This document shows, piece after piece, positions 27,051-43,142 of a stretch of DNA of 64,000 bases. The stretch is from Octopus sinensis (Eukaryota). The first letter of the stretch is position 1. Every line of letters begins with the position of its first letter. Location of the stretch: assembly GCF_006345805.1 (NCBI RefSeq), contig NC_043006.1, forward strand, positions 73,594,001-73,658,000, read 5' to 3'. The position numbers and the translations under genes were made by a program. Under the pieces are notes generated by a model. The model was not told where the DNA came from. It saw only the letters and a list, made by a program, of their open reading frames with translations, and searched no databases.

Positions 27051-27525
27051 ATCTCTTTCTCTCTCCCAGCAATATAGGCAGACTAGTAACGGGTCAAAGT
27101 CATTGCTTTCCTTCCTGACTAAACGGATGGAAAGAGTATAGAAATTATAAAGGAACGTTGTACAGTATACTTAGGAGAACTAAGATTAAGACTAAATCTG
27201 TTAGTATTAATATGAAAACCGCCACAAGGTCCAGTCTTTGTTTCGGTGTTGGGGTTTGTACGTCTCATTAACGCTGAGATCTATGGCAGTGGAGTGCAGG
27301 GTCCTGTAAGGTCTTCTATGCTGGACAAGTCAAGGGATAGAGGCCAGACTAATACGGGCCAATTCTTTCCAGAAATAAAAATGGGCTTGTGTTGGGCCAA
27401 CAGCCCTACCTGGAAGCAAGGCAGAATTACAGAAGCATTGCTGACAACACTAAACTAAGAAGACCTGGGAGAGAAAGGATAACCCAGAGTGGAGACAAGT
27501 CACTGATAGCTTATGATTCAGAGAT

Positions 27526-27910
27526 GTGGAGGCGCAATGACCCAGTGGTTAGGGCAGCGGACTCGCGGTCATAGGATCGCGGTTTCGATTCCCAGACCGG
27601 GCGTTGTGAGTGTTTATTGAGCGAAAACACCTAAAGCTCCACGAGGCTCCGGCAGGGGATGGTGGTGATCCCTGCTGTACTCTTTCACCACAACTTTCTC
27701 TCACTCTTACTTCCTGTTTCTGTTGTACCTGTATTTCAAGGGGCCGGCCTTGTCACTCTCTGTGTCACACTGAATATCCCCGAGAACTACATTAAGGGTA
27801 CACGTGTCTGTGGAGTGCTCAGCCACTTACATGTTAATTTCACGAGCAGGCTGTTCCGTTGATTCGGATCAACCGGAACTCTCGTCGTCGTAACTGACGG
27901 AGTGCTTCCA
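27526..27910 (+). mobile_element. SINE family A, full copy with 12-bp TSD
   Basis: TSD ATGATTCAGAGA at 27513-27524 and 27914-27925. Confidence 0.9.
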
Positions 27911-28752
27911 TCCATGATTCAGAGAGAGCGAAAGGCTTAAGCAAGGAAATAAGCTACTAAGAAAAGATAGTTCAAGTTTGTGGGTATTAAGAAAATTGGA
28001 AGTATTTTGTAATGCTGCTGTAAGCGCGTTTTAAAATAATTTCTAATTTAGGTACAAGACAAACATTTTTGAAGCGAGACTGTCAGTCGATACCATCTAC
28101 CTCAATATTTCACTGGTAATGATGAAAAACAAAATTGACTTCGGCTAGACTCGAACTCAGAACATAAAGAGCTAGAACTACAGAAAGGCATGTTGAGTGT
28201 ATTAATATCGTTAATTAACGTGACTTCAGTGCATATACAAAAGCGAGATAAAAAAGAGAAATGTTTATTCCAACGAGAGTTGAACTCTAAAATGAGACAC
28301 CCAAAACTAAATATTTTGGTTTCTCGATTTCTAAGACACAACAAGTTTAAAAATAGAATCAATTTGGGATTGAGACTGTCCCGCAATTTCGGGTTGCTAA
28401 TAGATTAGATGTTTAAAAACAACAAATGTAATTACATATAAAATGGCTAGTTTATCTCTCTCTCTCCACCCGAATTCTCTCTTATCTAATCCAATTCAAC
28501 TGGTTCACGATTTAAAGAAATCGTAATCAACTTGGTTTTGGCAGGTCTCATAATACATACAAACATACATACATACATACATACATACATACACACATTT
28601 ATACATACGTACGTACGTATGTATGTATATATATATATGTGTATATGCACATATATATATATATATATGTATATATATGTGTATATGCACATATATATAT
28701 ATATATATGTATACATACCTTATATGTGCATATACACACGCACACATATGCA

Positions 28753-28793
<41 letters not shown>

Positions 28794-29299
28794 ATCTATA
28801 TATATATATATGTATATCATTCAATATCTCTATCTCTCCTTCTCTTCCCTTCTCCCTTCCTCTCTCACATTTTCTCTCCCCTTACTCTTCCTCCTTGATT
28901 CCATCGTCTACTCTTTCGCATCACATCTCATGTCTCTCCCGAGTCTGGAAATAATACAATACATTGCAAGTCACTTTTCATATACAGACAATGTATATAA
29001 AACACACAACGCCCTTTTATATCTCTAATAGAAAAAAAAGAATGTACGGAGTTGGTAAAATTCACAATAAATAAGTTTTCATACGCTAAATATATTGTAA
29101 TCTCTCCAATCGACGTAAACATCATTGCGGCAGTCTTTCTTTCTGATAACATTCATTAACATTCTATTCTAGTCAAATATATATTTTTATCAGAATGTAT
29201 TTTCGTTTGTTTGTTACTAAATAGACTATGCCAGATATTCAATGATCGTAAATGGATATTCTCTCTCTCCCATTAAGCATGATTTAGTTTTCCAGAAAC

Positions 29300-30511
<1,212 letters not shown>

Positions 30512-30710
30512 TTGTAATGGATTCTACCGTCGGTTTCGAGTTATGAGGATCCGACTGCCAATATTATAGCTATTAAAAGTATTCAAGTATTCACACAGAT
30601 AATTTGTTTTCAGTGGCGAATGTTTGGATAGGATTAACCAAACGTTTTAGAAATGCTGAGAGTTTAGCTCTCAATGGTAGGCTAAATGCACACCTGAGTA
30701 CGAAGCCACG

Positions 30711-30765
<55 letters not shown>

Positions 30766-31044
30766 CATCATCATCATCATCATTATCATCATCATCATCA
30801 TCACAACTGTTTATAGTCTGCTCTGCGTTTTCACCTTGGCTGGACAGTTTACGTTTTGTAAAGAGGAAAGGACTCGAAGCAATTATAAAAGTTATGGAGG
30901 TGTCTTGACACAATCATTAAATCTGCGGACAGAATGATTCGCGGTATTTGCTCCAGATGTCTGCACTCCAAGTTCTAATATCGTTAAGGCCAACTTCACC
31001 TTTTATCCTTTCGTAATCGATAAAATGTACTAGCAATAAAATAA

Positions 31045-31298
31045 ATAAATGCGCCCTTTTAAAGCCTAGCCAGGCTCATGGGTCCGCTTTCCCGGTTTCA
31101 ATGGTGTATGTGTTCTCCTCAGATTGACGGGACGCCAGTCCATCGCAGGGTCACTCAGTTTTGCCAGCTGAGTGGACTGGAGCATCGTGAAATGAAGTGT
31201 TTTGCTCAAGAACACAACGCGTTGCCCGGTCCAGGAATTGAAACCACAATCTTACGGTTATGATGCTGACACCCTAACCACTAAACCACGCGCCTCCA
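31045..31298 (-). mobile_element. tRNA-headed SINE with CORE-like block
   Basis: Minus strand GTGGAGGCGCGTGGTTTAGTGG...GGTTTCAATTCC...GTGTTCTTGAGCAAAACACTT; tail shared with 61133-61210. Confidence 0.7.
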
Positions 31299-31665
31299 CA
31301 AAATGTACTAGTATTGAAGGAAATGTAAAACGTTGGGACTTAATACCTTGTGATATTTCTTCAAGCTATCTGAGTTCTAAAAGTACAAGACATAGTATTT
31401 TCAGATATTTTTGTCTTGTCCAATGATATGAAGAGTAAAAGAAAGGTGAAACTAAATTCAATCAGAAATCAAAACTTTATAGTAAACACGAATCATCAGT
31501 CGAGATCATTCCCTCTTAATAAACTATAACATACAATACTCACCATTTCTATGTAGATCCAGCCAGGTACTGGCGATGATATAATCCTCTCCTTGCAAAT
31601 TTACGGCTTTGTGACTCAATTAGAAATTATCATTATTATTCATTGCCATTATTACTAGGGTGGCG

Positions 31666-31850
31666 ACGGCGAGCTGGCAGAATCGTTAGCACGCCAGGCG
31701 AAATGCTTAGCTGTCTTTTGTCTGTCGCTACGTTCTGAGTTCAAATTCGACTTTGCCTTTCATCCTTTCGGGGTCGATGAATTAAGTACCAATTACACAC
31801 TGGTGTCGATGTAATCGATTTAAACCCAATGCCCTTGTGGCAAAAAATTG
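31666..31850 (+). mobile_element. SINE family B
   Basis: GGCGAGCTGGCAGAATCGTTAGCACGCC head and body blocks. Confidence 0.75.
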
Positions 31851-33081
31851 AGATCATTATTATTACTATTATTATTAAGGCAGTGAGATGGCAGAAACGT
31901 TAGCCCGCCGCGCGAAATGTTTAGCGATCGATAAATCAAGTATCAGTTGCGTGCTGGGACCGATCTAATCGACTGGCAGCCCCCACCAAACTTCAGGCCT
32001 TGTGCCTTTAATAGAAATGATTATTACTTGGGCTTTGCAGCACTTCTTCTTACTCGTTGTGCTCTCATCACAAACGTTCCTGAAGTCAAATTTGTCTTTA
32101 AATTACGGAGGGAAATTTTATACTAATCGTAATGGTATTGTCTTCTTATAAAGAGGAGGCACCTGATGCCAACATAACTTTATCCTGAAGAAAAACTAGA
32201 AGTTCTATGAAGATCACGATACTTTGATGAGCCAGTTAAGAAGTTCACTGTTACAAATAATAAAATAAGTGCTGGAATCGATGTAATCGATCTTCCTCTC
32301 CCATCAAAATTGCAGGCCGTGTGCCGAAAATTTGAAAGAATTATTAGTAGGAGTGTGGGAGGCGGCGAGGTGATAGGATCGTTAACTTGTCAGACGAAGT
32401 GCTTAGCGGTAATGTCAATGTAAAAAGGGAAAACAGATTAGGTTTGTCCGTGGATAGAAAAGCCTACGGAAAAGACAACGGGAACCTTGAGCAATAGTCA
32501 GGCAAAAAGAAAACACATTACAGTAAGTGACTCTCTTTTTTCCTTTCATTTTTTTTTGTTCATAGGATTATGCTCAAGCTGCTATTCTTGCCACATTCAC
32601 CCATCTTTTTTTGAAACATTCACAAGACAAAACTTCCCTCTCTACTCTCACCTTAATGCGTTCTAATTTCAAATTTCACTATGGTCCAGTTTTCCATTCA
32701 TTCCTTCGCGGTCGATAAAATATATACATCAGAGATGTGCCGGGGAGGAAGTAATCAATTTGTCCACCCATCCAGAAAAAAATTACTGGCCTTGTGTCAA
32801 AATTTGAAGCAATTATTAGAGTGGCGGACTGGCAGTCACTAGCGCTTCTGAGGAAAAAGAAACACCCCAAAAATGCCCCAATTTCTCGCAGTATTACCTT
32901 AGGCTCTATACCTTCGGGATTCAAAATCTACTGTGGTAAATTTTGCTTTACTTACTTATGTGATCGATATGATAAAATAACGACGACGTGCTGAGTCGTT
33001 GCAACCAACTTATCACTCTACTTAGAATTTCTGGCCTTCTGCCTGAATTACAAACCATTATTATTTTTATTATTATTATAC

Positions 33082-33484
33082 AGGTGTAGGAGTGGCTGTG
33101 TGGTAAGTAGCCTGCTTACGAACCACATGGTTCCGGGTTCAGTCCCACTACGTGGCACCTTGGGCAAGTGTCTTCTACTATAGCCTCGGGCCGACCAAAG
33201 CCTTGTGAGTGGATCTGGTTGACGGAAACTGAAAGAAGCCCGTCGTATATATATATGTGTGTGTGTGTGTGTGTTTGTGTGTCTATGCTTGTCCTTCCAA
33301 CATCGCTTGATAACCGATGCCGGTGTGTTTACGTCCCCGTAACTTAGCGGTTCGGCAAAAGAGACCGATAGAATAAGTACTAGGCTTACAAAGAATAAGT
33401 CCTGGGGTCGATTTACTTGACAAAGGCGGTGCTCCAGCATGGCCACAGTCAAATGACTGAACAAAGTAAAACAGTAAAGAGTAA
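33082..33484 (+). mobile_element. SINE family C, full copy
   Basis: tRNA-like head (TGGCTGTGTGG, GGTTCAGTCC), CCTTGGGCAAGTGTCTT block, central (GT)n, tail GGCGGTGCTCCAGCATGGCCACAGTCAAATGACTG. Confidence 0.9.
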
Positions 33485-33852
33485 ATAGTGAGGCGATAGT
33501 TCAAACCTCACCAAAGTCAATTTTAGCTTTTATCTTTCAGGGGCGAGAAAATAAAGTATGAGCCAAGCACTAGATTTAATGGATTTATTCCCTTCCTATT
33601 TATTTCTGTCCCTTTCTTTATATTAGAAACAATTATTCGTTGATAGTTTTTCGCAGGAACCTAAGAGCTAAATACTCAGCGGTAGTTACGTTCTCAGTTC
33701 AGTTCAATGCCTTCTCAAGATCAACTTTGCCTTTCCTCCTTTCGGGATGGAAAAAATAAGTACCAGTTGCGTACTGGGGCTGATGTAATCGAATCCCCGC
33801 CTCTCCGCAAAACTTTTGGCCGTGTGCCAAAATTAGAAACGATTGATATTCT

Positions 33853-34056
33853 TTTCTACTCTAGGCATAAGGCCCAAAATTTAGGCGGAGGGGACCAGTA
33901 CATTAGATCGACCCCAGTAATCAACTGGTACTTAATTTATCGACACCGAAAGGATAAAAGGCAAAATCGATCTCGGCGGAATTTGAACCGGGAACGTAAA
34001 GACAGACGAAATACCGCTACACATTTCGCCCGGCGTGCTAACGATTCTGCCAGCTC
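33853..34056 (-). mobile_element. SINE family B
   Basis: Reverse-complement match; neighbours at ~33660-33840 (+) and ~34080-34290 (+) are also SINE-B. Confidence 0.75.
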
Positions 34057-34586
34057 GGTACCTTTGAAGGGATTAATAATATTTCTGAAGCTGGCAAATT
34101 AGCAGAATCCTTACTCGGCCGGAGAAAATACTTAACGTCATTTCGTCCGTCTTTACGTTCTGTGTTCAGTTTCCTCCCAGGTCGACTTGGCGTTTCATCC
34201 TTTCCGAGTCGATAAAATACGTACCAGTTGTGTACTGGAGTCGACTAAGCTCCTACACTGGAATTGCTGGCCATGTGCCAAAATTTGATGTCATTATTAT
34301 TTTTAAATCCTTCTCATCATCAATTACATTTTCTCATCATCATTATCACCATGACCATCACTGGAAAAGATTCATGTAAATTTACTTATCTCTTAGATTA
34401 AATACCTACCTATTTTTCTAGCATAACACATAGGAAAATATGCTTTTCATCTTTTAATGTATTTTAACAGATACTCATGCTGTTTCTCGAGATTTAAACA
34501 TTTAATAAGTTGTCTGTCTATCCATCTGTCTGTATGTCTACCTGTCTGCCTGCCTGTCTGTCTGTCTGTCTGTCTGTCTGCCTGCC

Positions 34587-34623
<37 letters not shown>

Positions 34624-34696
34624 TCCCTCGACGCATTCTTTCTCTTTATCATATATTTACATATATACATACTTACGTACATACATACGTACTTCC

Positions 34697-34727
<31 letters not shown>

Positions 34728-34730
34728 CAT

Positions 34731-34770
<40 letters not shown>

Positions 34771-35622
34771 GTATGTATATATATTCAGATATGTATGGCA
34801 TGCGTGTAATTATACTCCGACAATTTCTATGCAAAAGAGAAACTATGCTCAACGTTTGTACATACGTACACACACACAAAAACATACGCACACACAAGCA
34901 GAAAACACTCAAACACTGATACACCAACAATCACATATATGTAGATACATACATACATACATACATATATGTATATTCCGACATTTTCTTTCATAAGTTG
35001 TTATAATATTTTTGACACGCTATTATCAAAGTATATATTATAAATTATAAACTGCGTTTTACATAAGTGATTCTTTAGTTATAAATTAATCTGATGTAAA
35101 TGTGAAATTTTCGTAACAAAAGGAAATAGTTTATATTACTTAATGTCTTAAAACACGCGAACATGAAACATGGCGAGGTCTCTGACGCAGTTAGTAAAAC
35201 TCCGTTTCGCCAACGCTTTCTATTTACGAGTCTACACCCATCATTTACGTTCTAAATGTAAATAGATGTAAATGATTATAACTATTAACATTTCTTGACT
35301 GGAAAATTCCTTGTGTCTTCTATACACTCAATAGTTGTTGACCGCCATCAAAAGGTGCGTCGTGGCAAAGAGAGAGGATCTGTATAGTCGCTCGATGTGA
35401 TAGGAAGAGTAAAATAGTCTTCCTGAAATAATGCTCTACTGTCTTCTGAAGAAAATATTATCTAATACGGATCTGAAGACATCTATACCCAGGAGACCTA
35501 TGCATACATACATATATACATACATACAAACATACAAACATACATACACACACATGCACACACATACGTACACACACATACATACTTACATACATAAATA
35601 CATGGAAACTGGAAGAAACGCG

Positions 35623-35659
<37 letters not shown>

Positions 35660-35708
35660 TGAATGAAAAGAATGGAGTCGAACGAAGATTTTAACAAAAT
35701 TCCTTTAC

Positions 35709-35789
35709 TTTCGACATATGTTTCGAAGACTGCATACTCTTAATTCCGAAGGAATGAAGGTTGCATTATGCCGTCTTCTCATCAGGAAA
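35709..35789 (-). ncRNA. Type I hammerhead ribozyme, intact core
   Basis: Mirror image of 36449-36529 with identical core and stems. Confidence 0.85.
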
Positions 35790-36448
35790 TACAAGGAACC
35801 TCTATCAGCCTCAAGACCAACAAAAGCTTCTTACTGTCTGCCTACATGGTTTCCACCGTGATAATGAGTATTTATTTAAAATAATCCGTTATAAGCAATG
35901 ACGTTAAAATTGGTTGGAAGGAGGAAGTTTTAAAATAATAGGAAGGGGACAGTATGTATGCTGTATGTATGGGGATTGACGGGTGTATGTTTTATTAATG
36001 AGTTTGAGTGTTTGTGTGTGTGTATGAGTGTGTGTATATAACTGCATCTGTGTGTGTGTGTGTGTGTGTGCAAATGTATGTGTGTGGGGGACAATATATA
36101 TATATACATATTTGACAATTGTCCCCCCACACATACATTTGCAAACACACACACACAGACACAGATGCAGTTATATACACACACTCATACACACACACAA
36201 ACACTCAAACTCATTAACAAAAGCATACACCCGTCAATCCCCATACATACAGCATACATACTGTCCCCTTCCTATTTTTTTAAAACTTCCTCCTTCCTAT
36301 TTTTTTAAAACTTCCTCCTTCCAACCAATTTTGACGTCATTGCTTATAACGGATTATTTTAAATAAATACTCATTATCACGGTGGAAACCATGTAGGCAG
36401 ACAGTAAGAAGCTTTTGTTCGTCTTGAGGCTGATAGAGGTTCCTTGTA

Positions 36449-36529
36449 TTTCCTGATGAGAAGACGGCATAATGCAACCTTCATTCCTTCGGAATTAAGA
36501 GTATGCAGTCTTCGAAACATATGTCGAAA
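36449..36529 (+). ncRNA. Type I hammerhead ribozyme, intact core
   Basis: TTTC-CTGATGA-GAAGAC(G)GCATA...TATGC(A)GTCTTC-GAAAC-ATAT-GTC-GAAA; predicted cleavage after C36525; palindromic stem III ACATATGT. Confidence 0.88.
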
Positions 36530-36585
36530 GTAAAGAAATTTTGTTAAAATCTTCGTTCGATTCCATTCTTTTCATTTATTCATAT

Positions 36586-36727
36586 AAAAAAAAACACACA
36601 AATTTCCACACACGAACACGGGGTTCTGCCCTTGGCATGTAACTTCAACCGTGTTTTACTGACGTGAATTTGCTAACCAGGGATCGATTAACCGAATTAT
36701 CCATACTAGGATAATTCATTCATCTAC
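36586..36727 (+). other. Structured 3' extension (segment X) of pLTR, copy 2
   Basis: Homologous to reverse complements of 42931-43078 and 47670-47815; hairpins at 36615-36655 and 36694-36717. Confidence 0.75.
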
Positions 36728-36736
36728 ATATATATA

Positions 36737-36768
<32 letters not shown>

Positions 36769-37616
36769 GCGTGTCTTTGTGTCTTTGTGTGTTTCTGTGT
36801 CTGTGTTTGTCATCCACAACCGGTGTTGGTGTGTTTACGTCCCATAGTTAAGAGTTTCGGCAAAAATACCGAGGGAATATGTACCCGGTTTCAAAATGTA
36901 AGTACTGGGATCAATTCATTCGACTAAAAATTATTCAAGGTAGTGCTCCGGCATGGCCATAGTCTAATGACTGAAACAGATAAAAGGTGAGATACATAGG
37001 AATATACATATTAGTAATGTACTGGAAGAACGAGTAGTCAACGACAGATACTCAATGAGTTCTCAGTTCTTTTTAACAGAAATTTTGTTAGCTTTCGGTA
37101 CGTAAGGTTTCATATTATCGGCGACCAGTAATTTTCGCCTACAGTTCAAATTACTGATGACACTCCGGTCGTACAGGTGAAGAAATTTTTGACTTTATAA
37201 CAGCGAAGTGTTATGATATGAATTCTCTGAAAGATTGCTGCTCTAATCCTGTATGCTACCTTAATTTCAAGAAGGGTAATAAAATTCTTCACATATACAT
37301 GTACGTAAACACACACATACAAATGTATATTGTATAAAATATAAATGTGATTAAGGAGACTGTGGTATCGCATAGAAATATATTACATCTGAATTTTCCT
37401 GCAATAAAACGCTGGCAGGATCATTATAGGCTCTTATTGAAGATATTTGAACAGAAACTATCGCAAACTCTATGACTATGATGCATACATACATACACAC
37501 ATACATGCATATATTGTATATACATGTGTATATACATATACACATATGTATGCATATATACATATACGTGTATGTATGTATATGTATGTATATATATATG
37601 TATGTATGTATGTATG

Positions 37617-37663
<47 letters not shown>

Positions 37664-37689
37664 ATATATAATATATATATATATATATG

Positions 37690-37919
37690 AACAACTTATA
37701 AAAAGGGGCAAATGAAAAAAACTCTAATGCCAAATATGCCGAAAATAGACAAATCGCAATAACCATATAATTTATTACTACTGGGACCGATACGATAATA
37801 ACGGAATTTTTTAGAAATTTCTGTCGGCTTACTTCGAGACACGTGGTTATAGTGATAAATTATATAGTTATTGACGATTTGTCTATTTTCGGCATATTTG
37901 CCCTTGTTTATAAGTTGTT
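37690..37919. repeat. Fold-back with ~70-bp arms
   Basis: AACAACTTATAAA...ATGCCGAAAATAGACAAATCG / CGATTTGTCTATTTTCGGCAT...TTTATAAGTTGTT; spacer holds TTC-GAGAC-ACGT-GG (possible decayed HHR half). Confidence 0.7.
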
Positions 37920-37991
37920 TATAATTTTAACCTTTGAAGATATTTTCTAATATGCTGGCCATTGATAGAATTTTTTCAAAAAAATGTTATC

Positions 37992-38040
<49 letters not shown>

Positions 38041-38054
38041 CCGCCTAAAAATAA

Positions 38055-40046
38055 AACTGTTGGAAATCGAAAAATGTCTGAAACTCTCCCATGAAAAGGA
38101 AAGAGCAGACAAAGAAGCCTGGGCTATAGACAACATAAAATCTAACCCCAGAGCTTTCTACAGGTATGCCAAAGAAACAGCTACGGTGCACTGTAGAATA
38201 GGGCCACTCCTCGAAAAGGATGGCACACTTACAGGAAAACCAATGAGGGTAAGTGAAATACTGAATGAGCAATTCAAGAGTGTTTTCACTTCACCCCGAC
38301 TTTTTTAACACTGCAGATATAAAATCAGAGGCGGCGACGATAGATTACATCGATATAAAGGAAGACGATGTAATCAAGGCTATAGATGAAATGAAAACAG
38401 ACTCAGCTACTGGCCCCGATGGATTCCCGGCAATCCTCCTAAAAGCATGTAAGAGAGTCCTAGCAAGACCACTGCAGTTCCTCTTTCAGAGCTTCCTTGC
38501 AGCTGGCAAACTTCCAAGAAAACTGAAGGAAGGTAAAATATGTCCCATTCATAAAGGAGGTAGCAGAGCGGAAGCCAAGAACTATAGACCTATCTCTCTG
38601 ACCTCACACATCAGCAAGGTCATGGAACGAATAGTCAGAAGGAAGCTGATCACCTTCCTTGAAGAAAATGACTTGCTGCCCGACACCCAACATGGTTTCC
38701 GACCAGGAGAAGCTGTTTAACTCAGCTCCTACAACACTATGACTGGGTGCTGAAACGGCTGCTCAACCACTCAAATGTGGAAGTGATATATCTCGACTTT
38801 GCAAAGGCCTTTGATAAAGTCGATCATGGAATGATATGTCACAAACTGCGTGATCTCAACATAGTTGGAAAACTGGGAGAATGGCTTCATGACTTTCTGA
38901 AAGATAGAAGTCAGGTGGTAGTGGCCAATGGGGCCACTTCCATTAACACGCAAATATTGAGCGGTGTTCCGCAGGGCACTGTTCTGGGACCACTACTGTT
39001 CATAATGGCCCTCTCAGACATGCCCTCAGCCACGCAGAGAGCCACGATCACAAGTTATGCAGATGATACAAAAGTTTCACAGGCAATACAGAACCCTGAG
39101 GACACAGAACACCTGCAATGTGAGCTAGACAAAATATACAAGTGGGCCGAAAAGAATAGCATGCAGTTCAATGCTGAAAAGTTTCAAGCTCTATACTATC
39201 AGCATGCAAAACTAAATGCAATACCCAATGAATACACTGGACCCGGAGGAATAGCAATCCCAGAGGCACAATCAGTGCGTGACCTAGGTATTTACATGAG
39301 TGATGACGCGACCTTTCGTGTACATGTTGCTAAATTGGCAATGAAATGTAGACAACTGGCCGGATGGATCCTCAGAACCTTTAGAACAAGAGAACAAGAA
39401 ACCATGATGGTCCTCTGGAGGACACTTGTCCTAAGCCACTTTGACTACTGCACTCAGTTATGGTCACCATCCAGTGTCAAGTTGATCACAGAGCTCGAGG
39501 CGATCCAAAGTAGCTACACGAAGAAGATAGCCTCTATGCAGCATGTAAGCTACTCAAGAAATTAAAATTATATTCCCTGGAGCGTAGGCGGGAAAGATAT
39601 GCCATAATATACATCTGGATGATCCTGGAGGGAAGTGTCCTGAACTTTGGCATCGAGAGTTACGCAAATGCCAGAACTGGGCGCCACTGCATGGTGCCTA
39701 GGACTCCAAACTTGCCATCAAGATGTAGGACAAGATTCTGTGATAGCCTGGGCTTCCGAGGCCCACAGCTCTTCAATATCCTCCCGAAGAACCTGAGAGA
39801 CCTGCATGGGGTGGATACAGATGTCTTTAAAATGAAGCTGGATCTCTTCCAGTCAGGTGTCCCAGATGAACCAACTTCACGGCAGGAGGGGCAGACGAGG
39901 GCAGCTGTATCGAACTCTCATGCACCAAATAGCAGTTGCTAGAAAGCCTTCATGAAGTGAAACCAAGTAGCAACACCAAATGGCGGTGCCCCAGCATGGT
40001 CACAGCTCATAAGCTGAAACTAGAATCAATCATCAATCAATCAAAT
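38055..40046 (+). mobile_element. 5'-truncated CR1/L2-group LINE (RT), young but frameshifted
   Basis: NYRPISLTS, QHGFRPG, LDFAKAFDKVDH, SGVPQGTVLGPLLF, YADD at 39056-39067; three frame breaks (~38295, ~38705, ~39550); (AATC)n tail. Confidence 0.92.
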
Positions 40047-40856
<810 letters not shown>

Positions 40857-41257
40857 CTCTTTTACTCTTTTACTTGTTTCAGTCATTTGACTGCGGCCAT
40901 GCTGGAGCACCGCCGTTAGTCGAGCAAATCGACCCTGGGACTTATTCTTTGTAAGCCCAGTACTTATTCTATCGGTCTCTTTGCCGAACCGCTAAGTGAT
41001 GGGGACGTAAACACACTAGCATCGGTTGTCAAGCAATGCTAAGGGGACAAACACAGACACACAAATACACACACACATACATATATACATATATACGACA
41101 GGCTTCTTTCAGTTTCCCCCTACCAAATCCACTCACAAGGCATTGGTCGGCCCGGGGCTATAGCAGAAGACACTTGCCAAAGATGAAACGCAGTGGACTG
41201 AACCCGAACCATGTAGTTGGTTAGCAAGCTACTTACCACACAGCCACTCATGCACCT
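40857..41257 (-). mobile_element. SINE family C, full copy
   Basis: Reverse complement of 33082-33484. Confidence 0.9.
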
Positions 41258-41267
41258 ATAATATATA

Positions 41268-41304
<37 letters not shown>

Positions 41305-41396
41305 CATATATATATATACATATAATAATATATATATATATATATATATAATATATATTATATATATATGCATATATATATGTGTATATATATATA

Positions 41397-41468
<72 letters not shown>

Positions 41469-42872
41469 TAGATAAATATATATATAACCAAGGAAGAGAG
41501 GGCAAATTTCAAAGTCAGTGCTCTTAATATATTTCATAGTATCGGAATACTTTACAGACAGCATACATAGGTGAACCCGATGTAACTTTCAAGAAGGCTT
41601 TGATGTTACAATGGGATCTTTGGACTCTGCTCAGGAAGTTTTTCTTTTTAAGGCTCTGTTGTTTTGGCGGGATCTCCGGTGAGCAAACCGACAGTTTTTA
41701 CTGTCTTCCCCATGCCAACATTTGCCTTGCAGGTATAATGTATATTACTGGTTGTGTTTCAAGATAATTCAATTTGGTATTTTAATACTAAATAATTAAG
41801 TAATAAAATTCTATCTTTTAAAGTTATTTGTTATGGAAATTCAAACTTGAAACACGTCACTTTATCTTACACAACAGACTACTCATTCAGTTATTATGTA
41901 AAATTTGATTAATAGATTGTCTGGGTATTAGCTAAGATTACATTTCATCAAAACATATTAAGTTAGTTATATGGTATGTTACTAACAGAATATCTAATTA
42001 ATATTTATATGTCTAGACTCTATATTAGTAATACAGAACATGAATTTTAATGGATGTTAATATTAGAAGTTTATTGATAGAAGTCAAAAACCTTCCATAG
42101 TCTTTTGACTGCAATAACAAAAGCCTTGTTCATGGATATTTTGAGTTTTTTTTATGAAATTGTATGGAAGCATCTATAACAATGGATCTTCGTCGTTTTT
42201 GACGACAAGGATTCAGATCATTAATCGACTTAATTTTCTTTTGATTGAATTAGCGGGTAAATGACCGAATACTGCACAAACACATTTAAAATTAACGTAG
42301 ATCTCAGAGAGAATTCACATGGTAGAACGGGTAACAAAGTGATGGCTTCAATTCAACGGGATTCCTCTTCAATCCCATTCAACAAGACTCCTCTCGATTC
42401 AATCCTATTCGACTGGATTCCTCTCAGTTTCCATATACAAGATATTTTTCAAGATACCATGCAATGGAAGCGAAACTTGATCATCTGCATAAATAATCTG
42501 TGTTTAATCGTGAAAATGAACTATAATCTGACGATGAGATTAACCTGTTACTCAATAATACGTAATTGAAAAACATTTATTTCTGATTAACTAAATTATG
42601 ATCTTCATAAAGTTTATTGATTAATCAGAAATCTTAATATGTTTTATCTGCAATTTTAAATTTGATACAAAATATAAAGAAGTGCAAACAAATATGAGAA
42701 GAAAAAATTAGTATTTGCGTGACTAGTTTTATTTTTATTTGGAGATTCATCACAGAATCAGTGCCCATTCTCTCCACTGCCTCAAAAGAGATCTGCTTGT
42801 ATATATCTGCAAATATTTATATATGCACATATATTACATATACGTGTATATATTCATATATGCATATATATG

Positions 42873-42919
<47 letters not shown>

Positions 42920-43142
42920 ATATATATAATGTGAAATAGAAAGATGAATAATCTTGTAGTAGATTAATCAAAAGTTTACCGATACCTTAGTAGCAAAAAT
43001 CACAGCAGTAAACAGCACGGTTGGAGGTACAACCATCTGGCGTTGCAACCGTGCGTTGGTGCGGATAATTGAAATTAAAACATTATTGGTGAATTGAAGA
43101 AATGGAGCTGAACGCAGATTGAACAGAAATCGTTTTATTTCA

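Larger units (their letters stand above)
35655..36585. mobile_element. ~930-bp palindrome of two head-to-head non-coding PLE pLTRs
   Basis: Arms 35655-36095 and 36118-36585, about 7-8 substitutions plus a small tandem duplication; 22-nt spacer; an HHR in each arm. Confidence 0.9.

Noticed and set aside
41560-41735. GC-richer stretch resembling coding sequence
   Set aside because: In-frame stops in plausible frames and no identifiable motif; probably a decayed transposon fragment
42261-42569. 102-aa ORF with short internal repeats
   Set aside because: No recognisable homology; possibly a decayed retroelement
42931-43078. Segment X as a SECIS element (as in Naiad PLEs)
   Set aside because: No AUGA/GA kink-turn core seen, the endonuclease is C-terminal, and no conserved in-frame UGA pattern is evident
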